Positions 20,526 through 32,593 of a stretch of 64,000 bases of DNA are shown here, one piece after another. The notes under the pieces are model-generated. The model was given only the letters and a program-made list of their open reading frames with translations, had not been told where the DNA came from and did no database searches. Position numbers and translations under genes: made by a program. The DNA is taken from assembly GCA_016699615.1 (NCBI GenBank), contig CP064984.1:2488721-2552720 (forward strand). The letters are read 5' to 3'. The stretch is from Sphingobacteriales bacterium. GTDB lineage: Bacteria > Bacteroidota > Bacteroidia > Chitinophagales > JADIYW01. The stretch's first letter is position 1. Each line of letters opens with the position of its first letter.

Positions 20526-22007
20526 TTATTGTTTGATAAACTTTTCAAATGATACAAAATCTGCATTGTACAACTTAATCACGTATGTTCCGTTTTTAAA
20601 ATCTTGAATATTGATTGATTTTAGACTTGAATTAGTGTCCATGTGATTTTGCTGAATAAGCTTTCCATCAATTGTATATATATCTATGTTCGTATTTTGA
20701 TTTTTTGTTGCTTCAATGTGTAATATATCTTGAGCTGGATTTGGATATACATTAAATTGATTGGCAGTGTTTTTTATATTTTTAGTAGAGCTAATTATTT
20801 CTGTCTCTCTTTTTGAAATAATGCCACTACGTCTTGTTGTTAATACAAATCGCAAAAAATCTGCTTGTTTTTTTGTGAACATGTTATAGCAAGCATCACC
20901 TGAGTAATCCATGTAGTTTTCAAATAAGTCTGGATAATCTATTCCTTGATAGGGTAAATTGCATGAGTTTGTTGCAGTATCGCATCTATATTCACCTAAT
21001 TGTGATGAGAATGGTGCTTTGCAAGGTGGTGTATCGTCCATACCATCAGAGAAAAATATGTCATGCGTAAAAGCATTGCAAGGTAAGTTAAAAACATTGC
21101 CATAATCGCCCCAAATATGTCTCAATCCAAGGTAATGCCCAACTTCATGTACTGTAGTTCTGCCTTTTCCAATAAATTCTGCAATACTTGGTCTGTTGCG
21201 TGCAAAGTAGTTGTTTTCTCCAAAAAATCTATAGTCTATCGAAACTCCATCAACAGCATCTGCTGGATAGCCAATACCAAATGGCCAATTTGAAAGTCCT
21301 GGTGGTGCAAATGCAAATCCTCCAAGTGTACCTTCAGTTGGTAAACTAAATAGATTTAAGTCTGTTACCCAAATATTTAGATATTTACTGTTGTCCCAAA
21401 TTGGCGAACCAATTGTAGTGTCTTTCACATTATTGGGTAAATTAACTATTGAAAAGCCTTTTTTAAACCAATCTCCAATTGTATTTGTTAATTCGAAAAG
21501 TATAGAATCTATTGGGTTTGTAAATGTTGGCTTTTTACTTGGTCCTCTTCCTGCCACTTTTACAACACCATTTGTCGGATTTCCATTTGGGTCATTAGTT
21601 GCTAATTCAAATTTTATTTTAGGATATCCTCTGAAATTCTTAAAAATTAACCTGAGATTTGCAGTGTCTTCGTTGAGTACACCAAAATCTTTATTCAATC
21701 TATCGATTTGTGATTGTATAATATCATCAGGAATGTTTTGTTCTAAATTATCTTCTAGATATACAATATGAATTACAGTTTGGATGGTGTAGGTGGTGTC
21801 TAGTGCATTTATTCTTGCATTGTTGTTGTCTTGTTGTTTTTGTTCCCATTCATCATATATTAATTTAGTTTCTGTATCATAGTTGGGTACAATTTTTCGT
21901 AATATTTCTGTTATTTTATCTTGATTACAAGATTTTAAAGGTATAGATTGCCCATATAATAATTGAGTAATTAGAAAAAATATAAAATAAGTAGCTATTT
22001 TTTGCAT
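20526..22007 (-). CDS. secreted M43 (pappalysin/cytophagalysin-like) zinc metalloprotease with T9SS C-terminal sorting domain
   Basis: HEVGHYLGLRHIWGD zinc site, signal peptide from MQKIATYF, and a C-terminal Por/T9SS tail (FNVYPNPAQDILHIE...GTYVIKL). The longest ORF extends to 22043. Confidence 0.85.
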   Translation of the reverse strand: MQKIATYFIFFLITQLLYGQSIPLKSCNQDKITEILRKIVPNYDTETKLIYDEWEQKQQDNNNARINALDTTYTIQTVIHIVYLEDNLEQNIPDDIIQSQIDRLNKDFGVLNEDTANLRLIFKNFRGYPKIKFELATNDPNGNPTNGVVKVAGRGPSKKPTFTNPIDSILFELTNTIGDWFKKGFSIVNLPNNVKDTTIGSPIWDNSKYLNIWVTDLNLFSLPTEGTLGGFAFAPPGLSNWPFGIGYPADAVDGVSIDYRFFGENNYFARNRPSIAEFIGKGRTTVHEVGHYLGLRHIWGDYGNVFNLPCNAFTHDIFFSDGMDDTPPCKAPFSSQLGEYRCDTATNSCNLPYQGIDYPDLFENYMDYSGDACYNMFTKKQADFLRFVLTTRRSGIISKRETEIISSTKNIKNTANQFNVYPNPAQDILHIEATKNQNTNIDIYTIDGKLIQQNHMDTNSSLKSINIQDFKNGTYVIKLYNADFVSFEKFIKQ

Positions 22008-22039
22008 AAATATGATTTTAAGATGAAAATACATATTTT

Positions 22040-22411
22040 TCAATAGAATGCATCAATAAAGTGTTGAATATTTTTACCTTCAATAGCAATAATATCAAAC
22101 CTTAATTCTCCATTCCATTTAAATTGTTCAATAAATTCTTCAGCTGCTTCATGCATTTTTTTTATCTTATTTTTTGTCAAAAACTCTTCTGGATAACCAA
22201 AATTTTTATTCTTTCTATATTTTACTTCTACAAATACAATGATGTTCTTGTCTTTGGCAATAATATCAATTTCAGCATGCTTAAAACGCCAATTTGTGTG
22301 TAAAATGATATAATTTTTGCTTGCCAAATATTCTTGAGCTAATATTTCACCATTATATCCAATATTTTTTGTGTCTTTGGTCAATTGCAGAATTATTTTA
22401 TGAAATAACAA
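22040..22411 (-). CDS. YraN family endonuclease-like protein (UPF0102)
   Basis: 123 aa with a GEILAQEYLASKNY...EIDIIA...VFVEVKYR pattern. Confidence 0.8.
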   Translation of the reverse strand: MLFHKIILQLTKDTKNIGYNGEILAQEYLASKNYIILHTNWRFKHAEIDIIAKDKNIIVFVEVKYRKNKNFGYPEEFLTKNKIKKMHEAAEEFIEQFKWNGELRFDIIAIEGKNIQHFIDAFY

Positions 22412-22487
22412 TAAAATTTATTTACTTTGTTGTGTAAAAATAACTATTTTAATAGACATAGATTAGCTACATAAAAATGTTTTATAT

Positions 22488-23480
22488 ATGAAAATGAATC
22501 AACTAGTAGAAGAGTTTCCAAATCAACTAAAAAGAGCCCTAGAAATTGGACAAGCAGCAAAAATTGGTAAAAATAAATTTCCTATTAGAAATGTATTAAT
22601 TACTGGTTTAGGTGGCTCAGGAATTGGTGGAACTATTCTTTCTAATATATTAAAAGATGATATTCAAGTACCAATACTAATCAATAAGGAATATCAAATT
22701 CCAGCATTTGTTAATGAAAATACATTAGTAATTGTATCTTCTTATTCAGGAAATACAGAAGAAACAATGAGCGCAATGCTACAAGCATTTAAAAAGAATG
22801 CGCAAATTGTATGTATTACTTCTGGTGGATTAATAAAAGAATATGCAGATACAAATGAAATAGATTATGTATTAATAGACAGTGGTTCGCCACCACGTGC
22901 AGCTTTTGGACAATCATTTGTGCAAATATTTTTTATTTTACATTATTTAGGTTTAATCGAAAATAAATTTGTTGAGTATACACAGAATGCAATCGCATTA
23001 TTAGAAGAAGACAAGGAAGAAATAATGTCATTGGCAAAATCTTATGCCGAACGCTTAAGTGGCAAAATGCCTGTGATATATTCAGATTCAAAATTTGAAG
23101 GTGTTTCTATAAGATTTAGACAGCAAATCAATGAAAACTCTAAAATGTTGTGTTGGCATCATGTTGTACCAGAAATGAACCACAATGAATTGGTTGGATG
23201 GCGTGATAAAAATGAAAATATTGTTGTTGTATTCTTAAGAAATTCACTAGATTTTGAAAGAAATCAAGAACGTATGGAGTTTGTAAAAGATGTAGTTTCC
23301 AATTATGCAGCAGATGTAATTGAAATTCATTCGAAAGGCAATACAGATATTGAAAGTGCATTGTACTTAATTCATCTTACTGATTGGATTTCTTGCTATT
23401 TAGCTGATTTTAAAGGCATTGATGCAATAGAAATAGATGTAATTAATAAACTAAAAATAGATTGGCTGAGAATCCAATGA
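22488..23480 (+). CDS. bifunctional phosphoglucose/phosphomannose isomerase (SIS domain)
   Basis: 330 aa with the SIS motif GLGGSGIGG...SYSGNTEET. Confidence 0.75.
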   Translation: MKMNQLVEEFPNQLKRALEIGQAAKIGKNKFPIRNVLITGLGGSGIGGTILSNILKDDIQVPILINKEYQIPAFVNENTLVIVSSYSGNTEETMSAMLQAFKKNAQIVCITSGGLIKEYADTNEIDYVLIDSGSPPRAAFGQSFVQIFFILHYLGLIENKFVEYTQNAIALLEEDKEEIMSLAKSYAERLSGKMPVIYSDSKFEGVSIRFRQQINENSKMLCWHHVVPEMNHNELVGWRDKNENIVVVFLRNSLDFERNQERMEFVKDVVSNYAADVIEIHSKGNTDIESALYLIHLTDWISCYLADFKGIDAIEIDVINKLKIDWLRIQ

Positions 23481-23484
23481 TGTA

Positions 23485-24168
23485 ATGCATGTTGTTCAGT
23501 TACATGATTTAGGCATACAATCGTATGCAGAAGTTTTAACATTACAAGAGTTATATTTCAATCAACTTTTAGATAACAAACACAATGGTGTTTCAAATAA
23601 TGATTTACATAAACTCATCATTTGTGAGCATTTTCCAGTAATTACATTAGGCAAATCTGCAAATAAAGAAAATGTATTACTTTCCAAAGAATTGTTAGCA
23701 CAACAAAATATAGACTTATTTGAAGTAAATAGAGGAGGAGATGTTACCTTGCATGCACCAAATCAACTTGTTGGTTACCCAATTTTAGACTTAGAATATT
23801 TTTCTACAGATTTAAAATGGTATATGCGACAATTAGAAGAAATTATGATACGTACTATTGCACATTTTGGAATAGAAGGTTATAGAATTGATGGTGCAAC
23901 TGGTGTTTGGGTAAATTCAATAGTAGATTATCAACCAAAAAAGATTGCAGCTTTTGGCGTAAAAACTTCAAGATGGATTACCATGCATGGCTTTTCATTA
24001 AATGTTTCCAATGATTTAGGTATGTATAGATTTATTCATCCATGTGGTTTTGTAGACAAAGGTGTAACTTCTATTCAACAAGAATTAGATTCTGATGTTG
24101 ACATCATAGCAGTTAAGCAGCATTTATTATTTCATTTCATAGAAATATTTAACATCAAATTTTCTTAA
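23485..24168 (+). CDS. lipB: lipoyl(octanoyl) transferase
   Basis: RGGDVTLHAPNQLVGYPI and AFGVKTSRWITMHGFSLN motifs. Confidence 0.9.
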   Translation: MHVVQLHDLGIQSYAEVLTLQELYFNQLLDNKHNGVSNNDLHKLIICEHFPVITLGKSANKENVLLSKELLAQQNIDLFEVNRGGDVTLHAPNQLVGYPILDLEYFSTDLKWYMRQLEEIMIRTIAHFGIEGYRIDGATGVWVNSIVDYQPKKIAAFGVKTSRWITMHGFSLNVSNDLGMYRFIHPCGFVDKGVTSIQQELDSDVDIIAVKQHLLFHFIEIFNIKFS

Positions 24169-24209
24169 ATTTATTTGGAATTATTCTAAATAAATGTAAT
24201 TTTGTATGG

Positions 24210-24377
24210 ATGAAGGCAAATTCTACAACAGCAAATCATGAACAACAACAAATGTATTGTATTGCTGACAGCAATGTATTATTGTCAAAATACATGATGC
24301 TTTCTTGTTCTAAAAAATCTAAATGTTGTGAAAAACATAAGAAAGGCAAGCGTTGCAAGAAATGTCCAAATCGTTGA
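24210..24377 (+). CDS. possible small Cys/Lys-rich protein (55 aa), not in the ORF track
   Basis: ATG-to-TGA ORF MKANSTTANHEQQQMYCIADSNVLLSKYMMLSCSKKSKCCEKHKKGKRCKKCPNR in the otherwise empty lipB/DUF2279 spacer. No homology evidence. Confidence 0.25.
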   Translation: MKANSTTANHEQQQMYCIADSNVLLSKYMMLSCSKKSKCCEKHKKGKRCKKCPNR

Positions 24378-24383
24378 TGTCAT

Positions 24384-25637
24384 TTAAAACATCAGCCATC
24401 TCCATTTTACTTTTTGCGTACTTGATGTATTGAATTCCACAGCTGGAAAAGGAAGTTTTATAATATTTAAAATACCTAAACAAGTTTTTGCCCATTTTCG
24501 TTTTACTGGAATTTTTGTCCAATCTATATCAGCTGAAAGATAAAATTGTCTGTATCTTTCAATATCTGTTCTATCTACAATATGACTTGGATCGCAATTA
24601 TGTATATCATCATCAGAAGTGGCATTGCTACACCAAATATTTGATGTGCCACCCAACATATTCTGAGCACCATATCCAAAAGATGCCATTATCCATTTCG
24701 GAAATTTAGAATTTTCTTTTTTAATGAAAGAACCAGGACTCACACTCAACCAAAATGTTGTTGCATTATAATCTTTTAAAATTAATTCTGTAAATGAAGT
24801 TCCAAATAAATCATCTGTTCTTGGTCTTAAATCTGAAGCATATTTTTGTGGAAAGGCAGATATTTTTAATCTAAATCTTTGGTCGTGCCACAAGTACTGT
24901 TGTATGCCAAATAATAATGAACCAGTCATGTTGAATGCAATGTCGCCCCAAGAAAATCCCCATTTTTTTTGTAGTCCATCATTTATTTCGATTGAGAGCA
25001 TCCACATTTGTGCGTTGAGCATACCTATCCAAATAGCATTTTTTTCTTTGATGCCTGTCCATTTAAACATATGATAGGACCAATCTGTGATAAAATATGA
25101 ATTAAATCCATGTGCGATTTTATCAACTTGATACCATCCTTTCCAATCGTTAAAAAAATGAAATTTTGATTTATTGTATTTTGAATACCAAGCACTATTC
25201 CACCAAATATTGGCAGCAGCATAAATTCCACCATTAAAACCAGCAATAAAACCAATTCTTGATTTGTTTAATACTGGCGAATTTTCAAAGAATTTATAAG
25301 GTTTTCTGAGTTTGTATTTTCCAGAATAAATAGGTGCACTATTAAAAATTGTATCAAAATGTATGTCGTAGTATTTTTTGTAATGCGTGGTAGAATGATT
25401 AATATATTCTATATTTCCATTGTTTATTACTGTATCTATATGATTGTCTAATTCTTTTTTAATATGAACTACTGTATCAGCATAGATAGTGTAGTCTTTT
25501 TCAAAAATGGTATCATAGTATAATGAATATACATTCTCATTTTGCCAAATAGTATCTCTTTTTAAGGTAAATTTGTTTTGTGCAAATGCAAAATTGCAAA
25601 GCATAATGAATAATATATTTATCCAGAATTTATTCAC
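24384..25637 (-). CDS. DUF2279 domain-containing protein (predicted secreted or lipoprotein)
   Basis: Signal peptide and a central WYQVDKIAHGFNSYF segment typical of DUF2279. Confidence 0.5.
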   Translation of the reverse strand: MNKFWINILFIMLCNFAFAQNKFTLKRDTIWQNENVYSLYYDTIFEKDYTIYADTVVHIKKELDNHIDTVINNGNIEYINHSTTHYKKYYDIHFDTIFNSAPIYSGKYKLRKPYKFFENSPVLNKSRIGFIAGFNGGIYAAANIWWNSAWYSKYNKSKFHFFNDWKGWYQVDKIAHGFNSYFITDWSYHMFKWTGIKEKNAIWIGMLNAQMWMLSIEINDGLQKKWGFSWGDIAFNMTGSLLFGIQQYLWHDQRFRLKISAFPQKYASDLRPRTDDLFGTSFTELILKDYNATTFWLSVSPGSFIKKENSKFPKWIMASFGYGAQNMLGGTSNIWCSNATSDDDIHNCDPSHIVDRTDIERYRQFYLSADIDWTKIPVKRKWAKTCLGILNIIKLPFPAVEFNTSSTQKVKWRWLMF

Positions 25638-27042
25638 CTAATAATGTTTTCTTAGTATCTTCTAAGATGTCAATTACGGCATCTCTACTGTTGCTTTGTG
25701 CGTACACACGAAGCACTGGCTCTGTTCCAGATGCACGTATCATCAACCAATCTTCATCATTCAAAAAGTATTTCCAACCGTCAATCGTTTCTCTTCTTAG
25801 TACATTGTATTTGCCAAAGTTTTTATAGTTGTCTTCGTTACAATTCTTAATTACATTTTGTTTGATTTCTTCAGAAATATGCAAATCATATCTATCATAA
25901 TCAAAAGCACCAACTACATCATATACTTCATTAATTAATTCAGTGATATTTTTACCAGTTTTTGCCATAAATTCCATCAATACCAATGCAATCCAAATAC
26001 CATCACGCTCAGGAATGTGTCCTTTTATTGCCAAACCACCACTTTCTTCGCCACCTACCAACACATCTTCATTTACCATAATTTCGCAAATATATTTAAA
26101 ACCTACTGGCGTTACTTCACATGGAATATTATAGGCATCACACAATTTTTTGATTTTGTTGGAAACTGTAAAAGATACTACTACTTTTCCCATTTCTTTT
26201 TTATAATGATGCATGTAATGTATCAGCAACAAAAGAATATGATGTGAGTCTATAAAATTGCCATTTCCATCATAACATCCAATTCTATCTGCGTCTCCAT
26301 CATTAGCAAAACCAAACTCAAGTTCTGGTGTTTTTTTCATTAATTCTGAAAACTCTAATAAGTTTTTATGAATTGGCTCAGGCGCTTGACCATAAAAACT
26401 TGGATTGTATTCGCAATGTAGATATACTAAATTATTTGGTAATAATTTTCTTGCAACATTTTGACCAGCACCATACATGGCATCATAGCCAAAGAGCATG
26501 CCTGAGTTTCGTATAGCATTCATATTAAAATTTGCTTCTACATGTTTGATGTAGTCAGTTTCTAAATCTACGTAGGTTAATTTTTGTTCTTTTACCAATT
26601 GCTCTAAAGGAATTTTAGGAATCTCAATAGTGTCAGGAATAAAAGATTCTACCAATGCAATATCTGATGGAATTGTTGGTCCACCAAAATTAGATTTTAG
26701 TTTAAAACCATTGTAGCTTGGTGGATTGTGTGATGCAGTAATTACAATGCCAGCCGTAGTATTGTAATTTTTACAAGCTAAAGAAAGCATAGGTGTTGAG
26801 CATATTCCTTTGTGTGCATATACTTTTATGCCTTCATTACACAATATATTTATTGTTGTTTCTACAAATAATGAACCACCAAATCTACAATCGTGTCCAA
26901 TTGCAATACTTGGTTCATTTGAGATAGATTTTACCCATTTTGCAGTAGCAAACGCTACTCTTGCTACATTTTCTGTTGTAAATTCCTCTGCAATAATTGC
27001 TCGCCAACCGTCGGTGCCAAATTTGATTTTCTTAATGCTCAT
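25630..27042 (-). CDS. phosphoglucomutase/phosphomannomutase family protein
   Basis: Active-site loop TASHNPPSYNGFK, metal loop ANDGDADR and sugar loop GGEESGG. Confidence 0.9.
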   Translation of the reverse strand: MSIKKIKFGTDGWRAIIAEEFTTENVARVAFATAKWVKSISNEPSIAIGHDCRFGGSLFVETTINILCNEGIKVYAHKGICSTPMLSLACKNYNTTAGIVITASHNPPSYNGFKLKSNFGGPTIPSDIALVESFIPDTIEIPKIPLEQLVKEQKLTYVDLETDYIKHVEANFNMNAIRNSGMLFGYDAMYGAGQNVARKLLPNNLVYLHCEYNPSFYGQAPEPIHKNLLEFSELMKKTPELEFGFANDGDADRIGCYDGNGNFIDSHHILLLLIHYMHHYKKEMGKVVVSFTVSNKIKKLCDAYNIPCEVTPVGFKYICEIMVNEDVLVGGEESGGLAIKGHIPERDGIWIALVLMEFMAKTGKNITELINEVYDVVGAFDYDRYDLHISEEIKQNVIKNCNEDNYKNFGKYNVLRRETIDGWKYFLNDEDWLMIRASGTEPVLRVYAQSNSRDAVIDILEDTKKTLLGE

Positions 27043-27109
27043 TCTGATACTATATTTGTTCTAAAAATTTAAGCAAATATACTATATTTGATATTCATAA
27101 CAAATATTT

Positions 27110-30100
27110 ATGAGACTAGTGTCAGCATGTAGAGTGTCATTTTTTGCAATACTTATATTGAATATAACTTTTTCTTGGAGTAATGATAATAAAATTGCGA
27201 ATCTAAGTTATATTGAAAATAAAGGACAGTGGAATGAAAAAGTAAAATTTAAAGTAGACATGTCTGGTGCAACTGCATTCTTAGAAAAAGATGGAATAAC
27301 TTACTTATTATCAGATAAAATTGAGCATAATCATCAACAACATGAAAAAAAAGCATTGCTAATTGAAGAAGAACACGAAATAGAACAAGTTATTCGCTAT
27401 CATGCATATAATTTTAGGTGGTTAAATACTAATTCTACAGTATTGCTTCAACCTTCAGTTAAAGAAAAAGCTTACAATAATTATTTTATAGGTAATGATA
27501 AAAGCAAATGGGCATCAAATGTTTCTATTTATAAAAATGTAACGTATAAAAATTTATACAATCAAATTGATGCTAAGGTTTATAGTACTGGTAATTCAAT
27601 GAAAATTGATTATGTTGTAAAGAAAGGTGCAAAGGTAAGTGATATTCAATTGCGATATAATGGAACTGATAATATCCGAATAAGTAATAATGGACAATTA
27701 AGAATTACTACTAGCTTGGGTGAATTGGTAGAAATTCAACCTTATGTATATCAAAATATTGGTGGAATTGTTACAATCATTTCATGTAAATATACACTTA
27801 CAGATAATGTTGTTTCTTTTAAATTATTAGAAGACTATGATAAAAATTATGATTTAATCATAGATCCAACTCTTATTTTTTCTACATACTCAGGTAGTCC
27901 AGTAGATAATTGGGGCTCATCTTCAACTTACGATTCAGAAGGAAATATGTTCTTAGGTGGTATTTCATTAGGAACTGATTATCCAACTACTATGGGTGCT
28001 TTTCAAACCACATTTGGTGGCCCATTAGATTCTTTTTCGAATAATACAGATATAGTTATAACAAAATTTAATAATATAGGAACAAATAGAATCTTTTCAA
28101 CGTATTTAGGTGGAAACAATAATGAACTATTGAGTAGTTTGTATTGCACACCTCAAAACGAATTAGTCGTTCTTTTGGTAACTGGGTCTCCTAATTTTCC
28201 AACAACAGTAAATGCATATGATACTTCATTTAATTATGGTTTTCCAGTTTATACATCAATGAATATCTATTTTGATACGGGTGTTGATGTTGCCTTAACA
28301 AAATTAAGTTCCAATGGCAGTGCACTTGTTGGCTCAACATTTTTTGGAGGATCAGGCAATGATGGATTTGGATTTGCATATAACTATGGTGATGAAACAA
28401 GAAGTGATATTGCATTAACAAGTGATGGAGATATTATTATTTGTTCATCTACAAATTCATATGATTTGCCCAATACTTCAGGTAGATTTCAACCAAATTT
28501 TGGTGGCGATTTTAGAGATGGATTTATTGCAAGATTTAATTCAAATTTAAGTAGTAATAAATGGGCTACTTACTTTGGTTCTACTGCAACAGAAAATGCA
28601 AATGGAATAGCTTTAGATAAAAATGAAAATATATCTATTTGTGGGCTAACAAATAGTGTTGATCTGCCAGGAAGTAATGTCGGATTAAATCAAACATTAA
28701 TGGGTTTTTTGATGGCTATGTTACTAAGGTAAATAATAATGCTACGCAAGTCTTAGCTACAACTTATTTAGGCACAGCAAATTACGATCAAGCGTTTTTA
28801 ATAGATACAGATAATGAAGATAATATTGTTGTGTTTGGTCAAACAACAGGACATTACCCAATTACAAATGGAGTTTATAGTAATGCAAATGCACCACAAT
28901 TTATACATAAATTGAATAATAATCTTAATACTACAATATTTTCAACAGTTTTTGGTCATACAGAAGATTCATCCTATAAGCAAATTAATATATCACCTAC
29001 AGCATTATTGGTTGATGTTTGTGGAAGTGTCTACGCTGTTGGCTGGGGCGGAAGAAATAATTATTCAGGAAGTACATTTTCTATGCCTATTACAAATGAT
29101 GCTTTTCAAGATTCAACTGATGGTAGTGATTTTTATTTTATTACTTTTAATAGAGATGCATCAGATATAATTTATGCTACCTATTTTGGCGAATATGGTG
29201 GTAGTGGAGACCATGTAGATGGTGGAACGAGCAGATTTGATAAAAATGGTGTAGTGTATCAGGCAGTATGTGCAAGCTGTTGGGGCACAAATTCTTTTCC
29301 AACAACTGATAGTGCATATAGCAAAAATAATAATTCAGATAATTGTAATATGGCAGGTATTAAATTCAAATTTGATTTTCTTCCTTTACAAATTATTAGT
29401 ATAATTCCAACTAAGTCTTGTGTCTTAGATTCTGCTATATTTTCATACACATCTACACAACCAGCAACTTCATTCTTTTGGGATTTTGGTGATGGACAAA
29501 CTTCAGATATAGAATTTCCAAAACATAAGTATAGTAATGCAGGAACATATAATGTAAAGTTAGTGCTTAGAAATCCTGATAATTGTAACGTAGTTGATTC
29601 TGCTGTAATATCAATTTTCATTGGTGACTCAATTTCGGTATCAAAAGATACTGTAATCTGCGAAGGAAATGAATTAATATTTGGAGAACAATTAATAACA
29701 CAAAGTGGAATATATAGAGATACATTTAAAACTATTGCAGGTTGCGATAGTTTTGTGAAATTAAATGTAATTGTAAGACCAACAGCTACTAATATAATAG
29801 ATACAACTTTTTGTAATGATGGTATGTTTGTATTTAATGGACAAATAATTACACAAACAGGAACTTATAGAGATACATTAAAAACAACATTTGGTTGCGA
29901 TAGTTTCATTATTCTTAATGCAATTATTAGACAGGCATCAATCACAATAATAGATACAAGTATATGCACAGGAACATCAATAGTATTTAACGAACAAGAA
30001 ATTACTCAAGCTGGCACATATAGAGATACACTAAAAACAACAACAGGTTGTGATAGTATAATTGTACTTAATGTTCGTATTATATCTATTTCTAATACTA

Positions 30101-31842
30101 TTATTGATTCTACATTTTGTGAAGGAGACACAGTAATAATAGCTAGTAAAAAATACTATAGCACAGGCAGATTTTTTGATACCTTAGTTTCAGTAAGAAA
30201 TTGTGATAGTATATTGATAATTAATATTCAAATTATAAAAACAAAAGACACTACACTTAATGTTCAAATTTGTAAAAGTGATAGTGTAGTTGTTGGTAAT
30301 ATGGTGTTTAAACAAACAGGAAATTACCAAATTAATTTAATTTCTAAAGAAACTAAATGTGATAGTATTGTTTATCTACATCTAAATGTAGTCGATACTT
30401 TGTTCACAAATATTGATACTACCATCTGTCTTGGTCAGCGTATTATTGTTAATGGTACAAATTATACTGAAACTGGAACTTATAGAGTAAGTATGAAATC
30501 ATCAAAAGGATGTGATAGTATTGTAAATCTAAAATTATTAGTCGTAGAACCAAAATATATTACAATAGATTCCACAGTTTGTGAAGGCGATTCCGTACAA
30601 ATTGGTAGTCAAATATTTAAAACTCAAGGTGAATATGTTGTTAGGCTATTAGGTGTTCAAAAATGTGATAGTACAGTCACGTTAAATTTAAAAGTTAATC
30701 CAATTAAATATACTACAATAGATAGTACAATTTGCGAAGGTAGTTCTGTTGTAATCAATAATCATACTTATACTATATCTGGACAAACATTCGATACGCT
30801 TGTATCGTCATTAAATTGTGATAGTATTATTACATTAAATCTTACAGTTCTGAAAAATTCAAGTACAACCATAAATCCAGAAGTTTGTGAAGGAGAAAGT
30901 TTTGTTGTTGGAGATTCTATATATACAAAAACTGGAACATATAAAATTATGTATGATGCTGCAAATGGTTGCGATAGTACCTTGAATATTAATCTAACAG
31001 TGCATCCAAATAAGATAAATAACTTAAGTAGAGAAATTTGCAATGGAGACTCTATTGTTGTTGGCACAATTATATATAAAGAACAAGGCACATATACACA
31101 AATATTAAAATCATCAAAAGGTTGTGATAGTACAGTAAATTTAGACTTAATTGTACATCAACACAAAACTACATCAATAGATACATCAATATGTTTTGGA
31201 GATTCAATATTAGTAGGAAATAATTATTACAAAACAAATGGTCAGTTTATAGAAAATCTTCAAACATCTAAAATGTGCGATAGTATTGTTACACTAAACT
31301 TAAATGTATATCCAGAAATAATAATTAATGCAACAACAGACAAAGCAATTATTGAAAAAGGAGAAGTTGCTCAATTAAATGTAGAAGCTAATCAAGAATT
31401 AGGATATCTTTGGTCACCATCAAATACATTAGATAATTCAATAATAAAAAATCCAATAGCATCACCAACTACGCCAACATGGTTTGTTGTGGAGGCAACT
31501 AACACAAGTACAAATTGCAAAGTATCAGATTCAGTATTTGTAGATATTTTAATTTTACCATGCAATGAAGAATATATATATATACCAAATGCATTTACGC
31601 CAAATGGAGATAATGTTAATGATGTATTTATAGTAAGATCTAAAAACTTAACTAGTGGCACTATGCTTATTTATGATAGATGGGGAAATAAAGTTTTTGA
31701 ATCTGATGATATTAATGTTGGTTGGAACGGAATGTACAAAGGCGAAATGCAACAACAAGAAGCTTATGGATTCTATTTTACTGGCATTTGTGATGGTGGT
31801 GCAACAATTACAATTAAAGGCAATGTTACACTATTAAAATAA
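27110..31842 (+). CDS. giant T9SS type-B (CHU_C / gliding-motility C-terminal domain) adhesin: SBBP-like beta-propeller repeats, PKD domain, 11 two-Cys modules (frameshift near 28699-28710)
   Basis: N-terminal signal peptide. The downstream frame continues as FFDGYVTKVNNNATQVL. PKD motif FWDFGDGQTS. Eleven modules of about 51 aa (C.G.....G......G.Y......CDS...L.L.V) at 29641-31325. C-terminal IPNAFTPNGDNVNDVF sorting domain. Confidence 0.85.
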
Positions 31843-31901
31843 TCAACAAATAGCGAATAACTAATGCGTAGCTATCTTAGCTAATAAAATATCTTTGCAT
31901 T

Positions 31902-32546
31902 ATGCAAGATACATTTAGACATCAAGGATTGAGAAAACAATTAGTAAGAGAACTTAAAGAATTAGGAATTAAAGATGAAAAAGTATTAGCAGCAATTCAA
32001 AATATTCCAAGACATTGGTTTATCGAGGCATCATTTGAAGATAGAGCGTATGAAAACTCTCCATTTCCAATAGGTTCAGGACAAACAATTTCAAATCCAT
32101 ACACTGTTGCATACCAAACAGAACTTTTAGATGTACAAAAAACAGATAAAGTACTAGAAATTGGAACAGGTTCTGCCTACCAAGCTTGTGTATTAGCATT
32201 ATTGTGCAATGAAGTACATACAATAGAAAGGCACAAGCCATTGGTGCAAGATGCGACAACAATTATTCAAGATTTAATTCTCAAAAATATATTTCAATAT
32301 TATGGTGATGGTTTTGAAGGCATAGAAAGTCAAGCACCATTCGATAAAATAATAATTACTGCAGCAGCACCAGAAATACCCAAAAAGCTACTAGAACAAC
32401 TAAAAATAGGTGGAGTTTTAGTCTTACCATTAGGAAAAGATGAAACACAGCAAATGCTTAGAATACAACGAAAAGATAAAATAACATTTGAAAAAGAATA
32501 TTTTGATTATTTTACATTTGTACCAATGTTGAAAGGCGTGAAATAA
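31902..32546 (+). CDS. pcm: protein-L-isoaspartate O-methyltransferase
   Basis: TISNPYTVAYQTELL and SAM motif LEIGTGSAYQA. Confidence 0.9.
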   Translation: MQDTFRHQGLRKQLVRELKELGIKDEKVLAAIQNIPRHWFIEASFEDRAYENSPFPIGSGQTISNPYTVAYQTELLDVQKTDKVLEIGTGSAYQACVLALLCNEVHTIERHKPLVQDATTIIQDLILKNIFQYYGDGFEGIESQAPFDKIIITAAAPEIPKKLLEQLKIGGVLVLPLGKDETQQMLRIQRKDKITFEKEYFDYFTFVPMLKGVK

Positions 32547-32593
32547 TTTCGTTTCTTAATTCATTGATTATAAATTATTAAAGTATATTTTAA

